This document shows, piece after piece, positions 48,191 through 62,800 of a DNA stretch of 64,000 bases. Numbering within the stretch: the stretch's first letter is position 1; each line of letters opens with the position of its first letter. Origin of the DNA: Bispira polyomma (Eukaryota). Below the pieces are notes generated by a model. That model made no database searches, was not told the DNA's origin, and saw only the letters and a program-made list of their open reading frames with translations. The position numbers and the translations under genes were made by a program. The DNA lies in assembly GCA_965649765.1 (NCBI GenBank), contig OZ287759.1, positions 30,256,001 to 30,320,000 of the forward strand. The letters are read 5' to 3'.

Positions 48191-48546
48191 TGTACAGTAA
48201 AACTTCCTTCTAACTATAGTGAGTTTATTGGCAATAAAAATGTTCTTTTTATAGAGGCTGTTAGTGTATTAAAAAGCCTGAAAGATGTGAAATCACATAA
48301 AATGGTAGTTAGTAGTTGCTGCTTACAAGGACATTGTCAACATAACATTGTGTGGTACAGTCATGAAGGATGAAGCCTTGGAAAAAAGGTTGTGACATTT
48401 AGTTTAAGGTTATTTATATCACCCATACATACTATTAAATAATGTTAAAAATAGCACCAGAGATGTCAAAAGATCAACTGCCTTTGGGTTAAAACAGATA
48501 ATTATGTTTTACATGTATACCAGGAATATGTTGCACCAAATATGAT

Positions 48547-48890
48547 AAAAGATAAAATGTAATGATCATATGTAGACAAAAGGTAAAATGTAATGATCAT
48601 ACTTAGACAAAAGGTAAAATGTATTGATCATATGCAGACAAAAGGTAAAATGTAATGATCATACGTAGACAAAAGGTAAAAGGTAATGATCATAAGTAGA
48701 CAAAAGGTAAAATGTAATGATTATATGTAGACAAAAGGTAAAGTGTAATGATCATACGTAGGTGTAATGTTATAATTATACTTAGACAAAAGGTAAAATG
48801 CAATGATCATATGCAGACAAAAGGTAAAGTGTAATGATCATATGCAGACAAAAGGTAAAATATAATGATCATATGTAGACAAAAGGTAAT
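48547..48890. repeat. 31-bp minisatellite, about 11 copies
   Basis: Unit aaaaggtaaaatgtaatgatcatatgtagac. Confidence 0.9.
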
Positions 48891-49789
48891 TAAAATGTAT
48901 ATAGTAATTAATAAATACAGAAGTAATGTGTTCAATAATGCTTCATGTCTGATAATGATGATGTGTAGTTTCCTGAAGCATTAGCACTAAGTCAAATTTT
49001 AAAAGTTGACAATAATGCCTGATATAATGATGCAAGGATGCATAATGATGATGTGTATTTTCCTGATGTGTTAACAATAAGTAAAAAAAAAAAAAAATTG
49101 TCAAAAGGTAAAATGTATTAGCATCAAGAAGTATATAATGATAAACAGTCTTATTCACAGTACTACTGATTGGGTATGACTCCATTGAAATTAGAGAAAA
49201 TTAATTAACATTGAATTCAATAGATGTGCTGATGTATGTATACCCTTTGAAACATTACATACAACATGTGACAAAGACTTCCAAGATCTAAGTTTTATTT
49301 TTTCAAAATTTAGATTCATGAAGGCTCAGAAGCGATTTACTTGTAAAAAAAATCATTGAATCAACTATTTTCAGTGTGTCAATATTCTAAAAAGCATTTG
49401 TGAGAATTATTCTACCAAAATTTAAATTTAGTACTTAAAAATGTCTTTTTATTGACATTATGCAGCTACAGTTGTTGTACTGTTTCCCAGTGAGAAACTT
49501 CTCTGTACACGAATATTTAAAATAGAATTGTATTATGTAATTATCATGAACTATGTAAATAATCAAATTGAGATTTGTGAGAATTATTGAACCGAAATTT
49601 TATGTCGTTGTTTTTCGTAATAGACAATAGAATTAAATTGTTTCAGGTGTCTTTATTCAAAATGTGTTCATATAGTTAATTGAATAGTTGGGCATTTGAG
49701 TAGTATATATTTTTTTAAGTACATAACTTCAAGCAGTATTCTTCAGAACCTAATTTAAAAGCTGTTAATTATTGTTATTATTAATTATT

Positions 49790-51793
49790 GTTGCAAATAG
49801 TATTAACAAAGACGAGGAGTGCTTAATCTTATTCCAAAAGGTAAAAAAGATCTACGATACCTGTCCAATACATATAAGATGTAGCAATAAAATAAAAGGG
49901 ATATCTACAAATGGAACTGAGTTCAAAATCAAAATGCTGGCTGATGATACTACCCTTACTTTGAACAGTATGAGAGCTATTGAACTGGTCATTAGGGAAT
50001 TTGATTGTTTTTTGGAATGTTCAGGCTTAAAACTTAACCTAGGGAAGACAGAAATAATTCCTATTGGTCTAAACATGTTCACTGATCCAAAGAAGCCATG
50101 TGCACTCAGTAAAATAAATATAAGAAAAGGGCCTTTTAAAACATTAGGTATTTGGTTCTGCAATAACATAAATGAAATGGTAATCTAATTTTCAAATACA
50201 GGCTAGCCAATATAATGAAAATACTTTTCATTTTGAACTCAACAAATTTATCACTTAAAGGGAGAATAACTATAATAAGGTCATTAATATTACCTCAGAT
50301 TTTATTTCTGTTTGGTTTAATTTACGTACCTAGTGATATTCTTCACCAAATTAAAAATTTGTTTTTCATTTTTTTTTGTGGAGGAACAAGCCTCCTAAAA
50401 TAAAGAGAGATACTATTGTTGCACCGATTGAGATGAGGGGATTATAAATGATTGATGTATACTAAATGCATACAGTGGCTAAGTGTAATTGGACAAAAAA
50501 AATTAATACTAACAAAAACGCAGACTGGAAATCACTGTTTCTTAAAATGCTGTCTATAAATGAAAATATGTTAAATAAAAAACTAAACTTAACTTACCTA
50601 AAAGACATGGCTGCACCATTTCATAGACAAGTATTAGAAAGCTGGTGTAAGATATTTTGCACTGAACTAATTGATAATGAGGAAGTATTGAATGAATATA
50701 TCCTTTATAACAGAAATATAACTATAGCAAAGAAACATATTTCCTTAAATCAGTTTCCGAACAAACTTGGGCACCATATCAAAATCATAGATATTATAGA
50801 TGGCAACGGTGAAATTTTAAAGAGAAATGACCTAAATCTAACATTAAATGCAAAGATGAGTCAAATGACTTACAATTCCGTTATTAGGTTGATTCCCAAA
50901 CAGTGGAAACAAAAACTAAAACAAACGGCTACTATACCTGTAAACCGGTGGACAGATGAAATTCAAGTTAAGCTTAATAACAAACTAGTGCCCCTTTGTA
51001 ATCTCACATCAAAGATAATATATAATGAGCTAATAAGATTACAGTCTAAGCCACCAACCTCAATAGAAACTTGGATAAACCTATACCCCTTTTTAGAAAG
51101 ACATAACTGGAATGACACTTTTATGCTTCCATTTAAAGTGATAAAAGAAACATACATACAGAGCTTTCAGTATAAAGTATTGCACAAAATTATTAACTGT
51201 AATTATAATCTTTTTAAGTGGGGAATTAAGGACTCTCCAGAATGTATCTTGTGTGGAAGTGTTGATACTGTCTCACACCACCTGTTTGAATGCCATGAAT
51301 GTATTGACTTCTGGAAAAAAATTAGAACAGTGGTTGTACAAAATTTTGAATGTTAAATTTAAATTTACAGTGTGTGAAATAATTTTTGGTTTACCTGTAT
51401 CAAGCGATAAAATAATTCAAATAATAAATTTTGTCTTTATTTTAGCAAAAAATTTCATTAACAAAGAAGCAAAAATAAAAAACCTGTCATTTCAAAACTT
51501 AAAAGAAAATGTGAAGGTATATCTTGGCTTGGAAAGAATGGCACATAATGAGGAATTAGATTTACCTATATTAAATTATTATAAATTATTAATCACTGAG
51601 TAACATAGTTTCTGCATTACTTTAATACTTTTTGATCAGCTAAGACTGATATATCTGTATCTTTGTTTATTTGCTCTGTGTGTAAAACTGTGAATGTAAG
51701 ATTGTGAAAATTGTACTACTTGTGATGTATGTATTATTAAAACATTTTTATGTCTTGTTTTGCCAAAAAAAAAATATTAAAAATAAAAAAAAA
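49790..51793 (+). mobile_element. 5'-truncated L1/Tx1-clade LINE (RT C-terminal half, CCHC finger, A-rich tail)
   Basis: LADDTTL, SGLKLNLGKTE, KTLGIWF, LSLKGRITII and CILCGSVDTVSHHLFEC; several stops and frameshifts. Confidence 0.88.
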
Positions 51794-54348
51794 TATGGAA
51801 ACTTCTTGGACATCATGGTTTCCGAGAACTACCTCGACCTCAGATAAACTTTTGCAGTTGGAGTCCGGACATCTGCCTGCTAAAAAATGGTTCAAGAGTA
51901 AAAGATTCCAGTGAATTTCTCGCCTAAGATTTTCTACATTGTATTTTTTGTTGTTGAATTTTGAAAATTTAGTTGGGCTTTACGCTACAGGGGTCACATT
52001 GTGACGGACAGATTTTAAGGGTGGAAGAAACCAGTGCTTGAAGCACTGTAAGCCACTAGTCGGCGGCAAGTAACTGACAAACTTTACAGCACTTTCAACA
52101 GCTTAGGCTATATTGCAATGGCCAGATTCAATGGTGGAAGAAACCAGTGCTGAAGCATTGTAAACCACCTGCCTATGGTAAGTACCTGAACAACTTTCTT
52201 ACATGAACAAACAGGATTCAAACCCACATTAGTGAAAGCCCAGTGAATGTGAAGCAGACGCTTCTAACTCACTAGGCCATCATGACCCCCACAACCATTG
52301 CAACACAGTCCGTATTTACAAAAAGTCTTAGTGTTAACTTAGTCTTAAATATTTAAGACTGCCTACTAACTACTTATAGTGTTAAGTTAACACAAAAGCA
52401 AAAATCTTTCCTTGGGACTCAGACCAACAGCTTAACATTTTCAGCAAAAATGAAAGATCAAAATGTCAAGCTTAACACTAATTTAAGACGAACACTTTTT
52501 CGTGCCCCTGAGGTTGAAAGGGTAGGAGAACAGAGGCAATCATCTGTCTCTTGTCTCAGACCAATGGATTCTTAGTGTTCAATAGCACATTACAGGCTGA
52601 TCTATGGAGGTTGGTGCGTCTGAAGATGTGTGTCTGTGTGTATGGATATTTATTTTTATGAGGCACAGCCTGACATTGTTTTTACTCTGAAAAGGGTGAG
52701 ACCTTATTAGAAATAATATGTAAGGCCTTCATGGATTAGTTGGAAGCAAATATTATATAAAATATTATCACATGCTGCCTGATATTGCCATCATGTAGGA
52801 AATACTATGCAAGGCATTCATGGACTGGATTGAATCTACATGGGAAAACTGAGGGACTGTCGGATTAATATATCTCACACTGTATACCTGTATCTATTTT
52901 AAAAGACAACTGTTGTTATATTTTTGTTTAGTATGGCCACAAATGTTTTCCTTTTCCTGATGAGGTCATGTGATTGATTCCAGATTTATGTCAACTGACC
53001 TATGTTTTTTTCCAGTTGCACAATTATAATATTTGGCCAGAATTCCAACTATGTTATTAATATAAAAATGCTTAAGTTATATATTAAGTTATATCAATAT
53101 ATTCTTTTTGATTTTCAGTAAAAGAAGGGCATCAAAATAATGCATTATAAGTGTATTATAGATTTAGGGCGTTAAGTTGTTGAGGTGTGAGGTTATGATA
53201 ACTCACATTTGGCATTATCTTTATACCCTTCTTTTAGCTGTTGCTATGTCAAGTTCTTTTTTATTATAGAGATATCTGGTAAAGTGTAGATCCTGTACTC
53301 TCCAAAGACTACTGAATTAAAGGAATGGGAGAAGAAAATACTATAGTAAATCGTTTACAATAGGAAGAAGTAGGGACAGGACTATATCTGGCAGAATAAC
53401 ACTGATTGTCATTATGATCAAATCAAGTATGACATTTGTTGTTTAATTTGATGTCCAACACAAAGATCATCTTATGTATTAGTGATTTAATACTCAAGGA
53501 AAGTAGTATTCTCCGAAAGATGATTATGATGCTATATCTAAATCATAAATAATAAATAAATGTATTTTATACTACAAAAAGTCAACTTTGTCATTGAAAA
53601 AAGTAAATGGGATACTGGACAGTGCTGGGGTGTGATTTAAAATAATTAGGGTAATTTTTTTAATGTTTTTTTTAATGTCTTGTTTTTAACAAGAGCACCA
53701 CCATTGAAAAGGGCATCACCATCTTTGAAATAATATTTAAGGCCTTCATGGATGGGTTGGAAGCAATCGACCCGTCCAAACTGAGGGGGTGTCAGATTTA
53801 TATTATTAGTCGATTATGAGGCACAACCACCATGTTGAAAATAATATGTAAGGCCTTCATGGATTGCTTTAAAGCAATTGACCCAGCCAAACTGAAGGAG
53901 TGTTAGTGCATACTGTGTGCCAAAGTCTTTTTTTAAAAGAAAAAACTCTTGTCTCTTTATAGATCACAGTCTCTTCATGACTTCGATAACTTTACCTCTA
54001 CCTTCAAAAAGAGAACACTTAGGTGGTCCCTAACCTATACACAAGCCCCCACCCCCCACCCCACCCGGAGTCAATAGGAATAAAATAAGAGCATCAAGAA
54101 GTGTCCACAACTAAGAAGTCTTCACTGTCAGAGTTTTTTTTACAATACACCCTTGCACTGTTACAAGTGTCCTATTGGCTCATACTAAAATACCTTTTCC
54201 TATCTATTATGTCTAAAAAGAATTTAAAAGACCTAACATATAATAGGTAATACAGGTTGACTTAAGTTGTTCTACAAATGCGTGGATGGCACCAATGACC
54301 TCAAGCACCAGTAACCATTTGGAAGCCTTTAAAGATTTTTTTACTCAC

Positions 54349-54536
54349 NNNNNNNNNNNNNNNNNNNNNNNNNNNNNNNNNNNNNNNNNNNNNNNNNNNN
54401 NNNNNNNNNNNNNNNNNNNNNNNNNNNNNNNNNNNNNNNNNNNNNNNNNNNNNNNNNNNNNNNNNNNNNNNNNNNNNNNNNNNNNNNNNNNNNNNNNNNN
54501 NNNNNNNNNNNNNNNNNNNNNNNNNNNNNNNNNNNN
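54349..54536. other. Assembly gap (188 N)
   Basis: Run of N. Confidence 0.99.
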
Positions 54537-57280
54537 CAACCCGCCCCAAAAGATATTCAGGTAATAAAAGTTCTACTCCAAGATAATATGTTCTACTACA
54601 ATTTAAGTTGCTCTACATATCCATGGATACCAATAGCACCAAGCTCCAGTAACCATCTGGAAGCCTTTAAAGATGTTTTTTGTTACCCACAATTCCCTTG
54701 GCACTATCTGTCTGTATTTTATTGGCTGTTAAAATCAGCCTCTTCTCTGTTTTGTACTCACTTCTAGATTAACCCTGGGACTGCATTGATCAAAGGTCTT
54801 AAACCCTAAAACTAATGCTTAAACTCATCAAACTAAAATAAACCCCAAGATACATATATATATACACATGTGTACATGAATATATAAATAGATTCCATTA
54901 TAGGTGGGAATAAAATATACACAAGTTACCATTTCAATTTTAACAGAGCTTTTAGATAGGGTATTCAAAAATATCTGTAGTCAGATTTGAGACACATTTC
55001 TTTATTGTTCATAAACATACAGCTGGTATTTCAATGAGTTTAAGGTCCATATCCGTTTTTATATAAATATGGACTACCAGAATTTTCTTCTTCTATAGGC
55101 CCCATAAAGTCCAGGGGGAATGTTAGTGAGAAAATTACATTGAGTATCTAATATCCAATACAAGAGAAGACCCTTTAAACACATTTGCTAAAGTGTTGAT
55201 GTGAAAGTAGGAAAGTCATGTATTTTTTTCACTACCGTAGTTTCTTATAGTGAGATAGAATTTCCAAATTTAATAAACAAATACAATATTATAAAACAAT
55301 TGCCAAGCCCCAAGTGGGCTTATATAGGTCTTTGTAATTGTAGAATTTGAATTTAGATGGATTTCACGTCGATTTTCTAACAGCTTAGACCATATCTCGA
55401 TGGCCAGGTGGAGGAAGTCAGTTGCTGAAGCCACTGTAAACCATCGGTCTATGGCAAGTAGCTGACAAACTTTCCAACATGAAGGAACGAATAGGATTCG
55501 AACCCACATTGGCTAGAGGGTGCTTAAAATGATTTTAATCACTACAATCCCTCTTTTATTTAGAAAAATATCTGGTCCCACAAAATCACTAAAAAATGTA
55601 CCCTGATAAGTGGGCATTCTGCTTAAGTAGATGTTTCAATCTTAGTATCTTCAGGTTTGACATAATTGTATAACTTTTTTTACAGCTGTCATTATTATTC
55701 CGGGTTTCAACATTGAAGAATATTTTCTATTTTTGAACTCGTAAAACTACAAATCCACAAAAATGTGAAAGTTAATTAAATTGTAAAAAGCATAAATATG
55801 AATTGGGGCATTAAGTTAAAACTTTTTGTCATTGATAAGACCTATGTACTTTTTTAAAATTTTTTTTATTGCTTTTTTTTTTGACAAATAACATTACAAA
55901 TACAGTTACACAAAACAGTAAGACAATGTACAATACAAAAATATACAATTGCAAGTTACATACAAATAGTGACTATTTCTATATTAGTAACTTTCACTAA
56001 TAGATACATTATTAATTTTCAAATTACAAATACAATTCCACAAAACATTAAGGCAATTTACAATACAATAATATACAAATTACATACGAAAAGTGTCTAT
56101 TTCTATCTTACTTTACTAATAGATACATGTACATTAATAATTTTTTAAATTTAAAAGTACAATCAAATAATTATTTGATTTCAATCGTCTCTCTTTTTAC
56201 TTAGGAGAATGATAGTAAACTGATGCTGGATGGCTGTTGTCTGTCACCAAAAAAGCTCAATTAGTACTTAATAATTAGATGAACTAATTTAGTGTCCTAA
56301 CAGAGGGTCCATATTTCTTTGTAACTGCACAAACTAATTTTTTCAAGAAGTGACCTAATTGCAGACAACTGCTCTTTGAATCTCTGAGAGGAAAAGAAGA
56401 ATTTCTTTCCTTAAAAACAAGCTTCCTTTACAAAGTGATGCATCATTTGCGATAAACGCGCATGACATTAACAAATGGGCAGACAGTTAATAAACTCTAG
56501 TTTTAAAAGCTCAGAAGAAGCTTTGCCCAAATAGAGGCCACTGTCTATCCAGGGAAGAGGTATATCAGCGGTGGTGTGATAAGTAACCATTCCTAGGCTA
56601 TATTTATTATCGTTTAAACTCACAGTCCTAACCTTCTATCCTTAAAATCCTCCCACAGAGGGGAGAAATAGCCATAAATTACCAATGGCTGCTAAAGACA
56701 GTACCAAAAAAGAGGGGGCGGAGGGGGAAGAGTTTCTTGTTGTGTTATTATTGTTTTATTTGCAGAATAACCTCGTTACTATTGCGTGCTTATTAGATTT
56801 TACATTTTTATTTTGTCAGTTTTGAACTGCTTCTGGTACAGTAAATATAGGATGTGGTTGCAAGAGTACATAGACATTTAAAAGCATTTATTTGGCGATT
56901 GACAGTCGATTTCAAGAGCTTAGAACATATTGCAATGGTCCCATTTAATAAAGGAAGAAACCAGTTCCGCAGCACTGTAAACTACTGACCTACAGCAAGT
57001 ACCTGACAATCTTTCCCACATCAAGGAACAAACAGGATTGTAACCCAAATTGTGATCGTGAAGCAGGTGCTCATAACCACTATGGAGGCTGACGAAAGTG
57101 ACATGAAACCCAAATAAATTATAAATACCTAACCACTATGCCACTGTGGCCCCTGCAGGAGTATGTATTAAATTTGTGAGTAAAAAATCATATTGAACAA
57201 GTTGAACCAGTTGTGATAGTTGGTTTCTTGATTAAAACTGTTTAAATCTTTAAAGTTGGTTGTTCCTTTCAGACTCAATC

Positions 57281-58564
57281 ATACACACTAAGAATTTTGA
57301 ATTCAATGGAGAACACTATCTCCAAATTGGGGGTACAGCTATAGGTACAGCTCTGGCTCCAAATTATGCCAATATATTTATTGACAAATTTGAGTCCCAG
57401 GCCTTAAAAGGTTTCCATCTCAAACCACTAGTATGAAAAATATTTATTGATGATATATTCATGATATCGACACATGGAGAAGATTCACTCATGCAATTCT
57501 TTGAGTATTTAAACTCCATCCATCCTATCAATATCAAGTTTTGTGCTCACTTGGTAACGATCTTTGCTTTGATAATGGACAATCCCCTTTTGAAATTCAG
57601 CGCATTAGAGGATTTTTAGCAATTTTGCGCTATATAAATGTTTCTATTATTATTATTATTATTATCATCATCATTAAATTTACTTATGAATACAGTCAAT
57701 CCAGCATTAATTTTTTCGACACAACAATCAAATTCAGCTCACATAGAGAACTGATCACCACTTTATATACTAAACCAACTGATACCCATCTGTATCTACA
57801 CCATAGCTCAGCCCACCCCAAGAGGACCCTCATCAAAGGGCCTTTTGGGCAATATCTTAGATAAGGATGTATTTGCACCTTGGATATAGATTTTGAACAT
57901 CACTCTCAAAATTTTACCAACTACTACTTGAATCTCATTCAACATTACAAACAAGCATCTAAGTTCACACAAGATGAACTTTTGACGAACAAACAAAAAC
58001 AAACAAAAAACAGTCACAGAAAACCCTGTAAAGTACAATCCATGTAACCCTGACATCAAAATGTTTATCTTTCAGAATTGGAATATTATCTAAAACACTG
58101 AAGTACTTAGCAAAATCTTTGACCAAACACTAATTCTACACAGTTCTACAATTCGCTACCCACCTGTCACCACACAGGTCAAACCTAAGTTCATACCCAC
58201 ATTAGTATGCACCAGATTAGATCATAAAAAGAGTGGACAGCATCACTAGTCACCACACCAACCAGCAATTTAAGTGTGTTTCTCTTCCACAAAAACCTAG
58301 ATTTACTTGTAACATCAAGGATGTCATTTATGTAAACTCATTGCAGTTTCTAGACTGAAAATCATACTGTAAAAGACTTGGAGATTAGTTACTGCAGTTG
58401 GTAGGACAAAATGAGGATTAACTTAATACAGGTGCAAACGCCAAGAAATGTATTTTATTTGGGCCTTCCCTACTGTTGCACCTACAGGCATCAACCTTCA
58501 TGTATAGTGTTAAGCCCTCTACTGTATTAGTTGATACCCCTAATACCCCCTCATATACTTTTCT
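57281..58564 (+). mobile_element. Degraded Penelope-like retroelement fragment with a nested L2-type tail (about 57535-57675)
   Basis: FEFNGEHYLQIGGTAIGTALAPNYANIF, FIDDIF, LYTKPTDTHLYLHHSSAHP and FTC..KDVIY; absent from copy 1 at about 29620. Confidence 0.8.
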
Positions 58565-59622
58565 ATCTTTCATATACATTACACAGCACTTTCAATTAGT
58601 TTGATTGCCTTTAAGGCCCTCAAAGACTGGTTAAGGAAAATCTAAAACCCAAGAAAGGTGTAGTTTCAGTATATATTATTTAAAATACACAGTTACACCT
58701 GTTGCTTATGTATTTGATAAAGATTATTAATATTAATCAAACTAGAAAAATGCAATCGCCTTATTTTTTCCAGCATTTCAGTAAATATATTTGCAAAGTT
58801 GGTTGCAAATAAGAACAACTTTACCTTATTAAAGATCGTTTAGGATAACAGGCGGATTGCAAAACTATTTCAAGAGCTTTGTTGTAAAACATGCACTGAA
58901 TCTATTTTTTTTTCAATGATCGAATTTTTCTTTTTAAAATAAAATATGGCCTATGGATAAACTTGGATTTAGAGCTATAAAGTTTCGGTTTTGAGAATTA
59001 CAAGTGCTTGATTTAGTGGGAGATTGTGCAAAGCAGCAAACCATAAAAAGGCATCAACACCACATAACGTTGGACATTTATGAGACACTAACTCCATTAC
59101 TGAAAATTTAAAAAAAGAAAGTGTTTTTGTCTGTTTCCATCAACAAAGCCAGGGTTAAAGCCTGCGTGTGATTTTTATTACAATAAAAGATGTGCATTTC
59201 TCTCATAAATCAAAGCAACAGTTTTTCTTCATCATTACAGACGATGCTTATGATCAAATAAAGTGACATGACACAGTTAAATTGATAATTATGAGCATGA
59301 CAGGTTTTATAATTGAATTTGTTGTAAACTAGGTTGAATTTTGTATTTAAATATGTTGTAAATCACTTTTAACAGTTTAGATCATATTTTTAATAGTAGA
59401 GGAAATCAGTGCTGAAGCACTGTAATCCACCAACCTACGGCACAAGTATCTGACAAACTACTCCACATGGGATTCAAACTCCAATTGGTGAGAGGCCAGT
59501 GATTTTAAAGCGAACACTTCTAACCATAAGGCCACCACGGCCCCTATTGTAAATTCGGTATCCCATATGTTTAATGTACTCTCACTGATGAAGTCTGTGA
59601 CCACTTTAACTTGACCCTGTAA

Positions 59623-59852
59623 AGGGGCTGCGATAGCCTAGTGGTTATAAGCGTCTGCTCAAAAATCACTGGTCTCTCACCTGCGGGTATCGAATCCCAC
59701 AGATTCCTTTTTCATGTAAGAAAGCTTGTCACATACTTGCCATAGGTCGATGGTTTATAGTGCATCAGCACTGGTTTCCCCCACCACTAATCCTGGCCGT
59801 CACAATATGACCATAGCTGTGGAAAGCGATGTAACCCAAATATATTCAAATT
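59623..59852 (+). mobile_element. tRNA-derived SINE
   Basis: Full-length family member, absent from the matching site in copy 1 (about 31135). Other copies lie near 22270-22490, 25764-25990, 52085-52290 and 59400-59545 (minus). Confidence 0.8.
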
Positions 59853-62800
59853 TAACCCATCAATCCTTTTAAACCCTGGCCATCAGCCAGTCTACCGACA
59901 ACTTTTTTATATACACATGAGGGCCGATATTCAAATCAATGATGCAGAGTTTGGAAGTGTAGTGTGTTACACCACCAAGGTCCCTCAAGGGTTTTTTCAC
60001 TTGTCAATCAATTGTTCACTTTCGGCTTCCTCATGCTGGCCAAATATGCCTAAGATCCATTAGCCATCAAGTACCCATTTATACACATTGGTAGAGAGGG
60101 ACAACTTTTGCGTGAAGTACCATGTCCAAGGTTACAATCTCCAGGCCTTCCGTGAGGATGGAACCTGGGGTCCTTCTAATCTAAAGTCAAATACTCTAGC
60201 CACTAGACCACAGGTAACACATGTATATGGTACCAACACTAATACCAAGTTCACCACCTTACCACACATTGCAAAAATATACAATGGAATCTCCATTATC
60301 CCACATACTAGGAGAAAGTAGCATTTGTTTGGATGATAGCAGGTTAATTATATAGAGCAAGCCTTTTTTTCACAAAACAACAGGAAAACAAAAATTTGGG
60401 AGAATGAAAAGCAGTTCAAAAGCAATAATGTCCTCCGGCTGGCATATGATATGATAGATTGTTAATGGGCCTAATTGATGCCAGGCATCTTCTAAAGCGT
60501 AGTTCGTTTTCCCTGCCAATTCGTAATCGGATTTATTATTTGTAGTATTAAAAATTTGAATCATCATAAAATGAATTAATGCAGCCATGTCAGAATTGAA
60601 ATTAGAGCTACTCTGAGCTGTGCAATTTTTATAAAACTAATGTATTACACTTTTAGACAGCTTCTGTCTGCAATATTTGAAAAACAGTTGTGTCAAAGGT
60701 TCTTTATTTGAGTATATGTCCCAAACTAATTTCTACTGTCTAAAAGTCTAGAGACCTAATTATTTTGGCAAGTAATGGTGACTGTACTTCTAGCCAGAGC
60801 CTTCAATGAACATTACAGGCTTACCCACCCCACCAGAACAACTGTCAGCATGTAATAAAGGACAGTATAATGGCCTGAGGGTCCAGGCTGAGAAAACAAC
60901 CACAAAAACTCAGGAACCAGCTTGGTTTTTTTTGAGGGGGGCAGGTTAGGGCTGTGGTTGTTGCCGTATTTGCTCTGTGAAGAGCATTAGTTTTTATACA
61001 ATGCTATTCCAGTAAAGTGCTCCGCAACTCGAACTCATTCTGGTTATAACTTAATATGTTTACTTGCCTATTTCATGTTAGTAAAGTAAGCAGAAAATTG
61101 TCATTGTTATAAAATATATATATTTTTTGTATTGGCTTTCTCTTTCTAAGAAGTGAATACTCAATTTGTTGTATATGTGAAACAATCACCCATTAAAATG
61201 TAAAATATGTTGCACACAATAAGGTTTGAGTTAGTATGTACTGCACACTGGCTAAAAACACTAAACAACAACATCTGAGGGTGCCCAACCCAAGAGCTCA
61301 AACATCAATTACTGGGACTCTGAAACAATCACACATCATGCTTCCTTTGATGGGCAAGAATTAGATTTAGCCCATCTAGATGTATGGTGTGTGTGTGTGT
61401 AGTAAATATATGAGATTAAAGGTGGGGGGAAGAGGGGTGGTGGGGTGGGTGGAGTTGGATTGAGAAGGGTGGGTTATATCTGAGAAAAACCTTTTGTAGG
61501 GTTTTTGTGAAAAGCAATACTGGTTACTGGGAAAGCAGAGGTGATTTAAAGGAATCCCTAATATCAGTTTGCAAGTATATATTGTTGTAAAGTCTCTTAT
61601 GATATATCACCAATAGAAAGGAGCTTTAAATTATTACTAAAAGACACATATCAAGGTAGTCTCATGTATGTTGAAACTTGATTTTTTTTGGTTCAGAAAC
61701 ATATTAGTTATCAGTATTTTATATAAGATAATATTATATGTGACAAATCTACTGATGTAATTTTCTTTTGTTTGTATAGCTCCAATCAAACAAGAAATGA
61801 GTGCTCAAAGTGGACACAAATTTAGGATAAATAGAGTTAAATTACACCTGAAGATTTTCCCATGAAAAGAAAGATAAATATATTTGTGTGGGTGTAATGT
61901 AAGTATGTTTGGGACCTTGGTAACTGTACCAAACCTTCACATATATCTAAGGAATATATTCACGAGGCCATACTTGAGTTATTGCATAGAATATGGTAAA
62001 ATTATCTCAAAGGACATATGAGGTCCTTTCATTAGATCCCATGACCTTCAGTAAATTCCCAGCAACTATGTATCTAACTATAGCTGGTCGTCTCAGGTTG
62101 GGATTAAACCCAGGTCATTTGCTTTTTGAGTTTGTGTCTTAGCTACTGCACCACCGTGGCAGATAATATGGAACATAAGATCATTTACTATCCACTTAAA
62201 GATGTATATGTTGCATATGACGAAGGATACAGACCGGGTGATATTTTTTCATATAGTCTGGCTCCTGTGCATATGTATACAATAATTGCAGTCTTTATAG
62301 AAATTTTCAAGGCATTAATGTTCAGATATTTGTCACTTTTGTATACAAAATAAAAGTTAAAATAATCATGCTATAGACACTCAGGAGACCATGTATTCCA
62401 TCCTCGTAGCTTGGTTTTCTCTTGTGATAAAATTAAAAAATGTGCACTTAAAATGTGATATCTTAAATCAAATATACATGTTGTAAAAAAGCTCCCAGCT
62501 ACCTTTGATTTAAGCACAACAAGAACAGTGTAAGAGCTAGGATGTTTCTCTGTTATTTTGTTTTGGGCTAGAGGTGGGAGAGCCTTATTGTGTAGGGAGG
62601 AGGAAAAATATTCCATTATCCCTCACTAGAAGGCTGCTAATTTACCCTGATGGATAAATGGAATGTGTCCTGTTTGTTACCTTCTAACAAGAGAACAGAG
62701 GTGTCAGATAAGATATATCTTGTAAATGTCTGATGGAATGAACAACTCTGACTGTATTCTCTTCACTAAAATTACCCCCAAAAATCTCAACAAACTCAAC

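Noticed and set aside
47643-48890. CRISPR-like appearance of the 37-bp and 31-bp arrays
   Set aside because: Units are head-to-tail with no unique spacers, and the context is eukaryotic.
54286-54564. ORFs spanning the N run
   Set aside because: Artefacts of the gap; the matching part of copy 1 (about 24990-25045) is non-coding local repeat.
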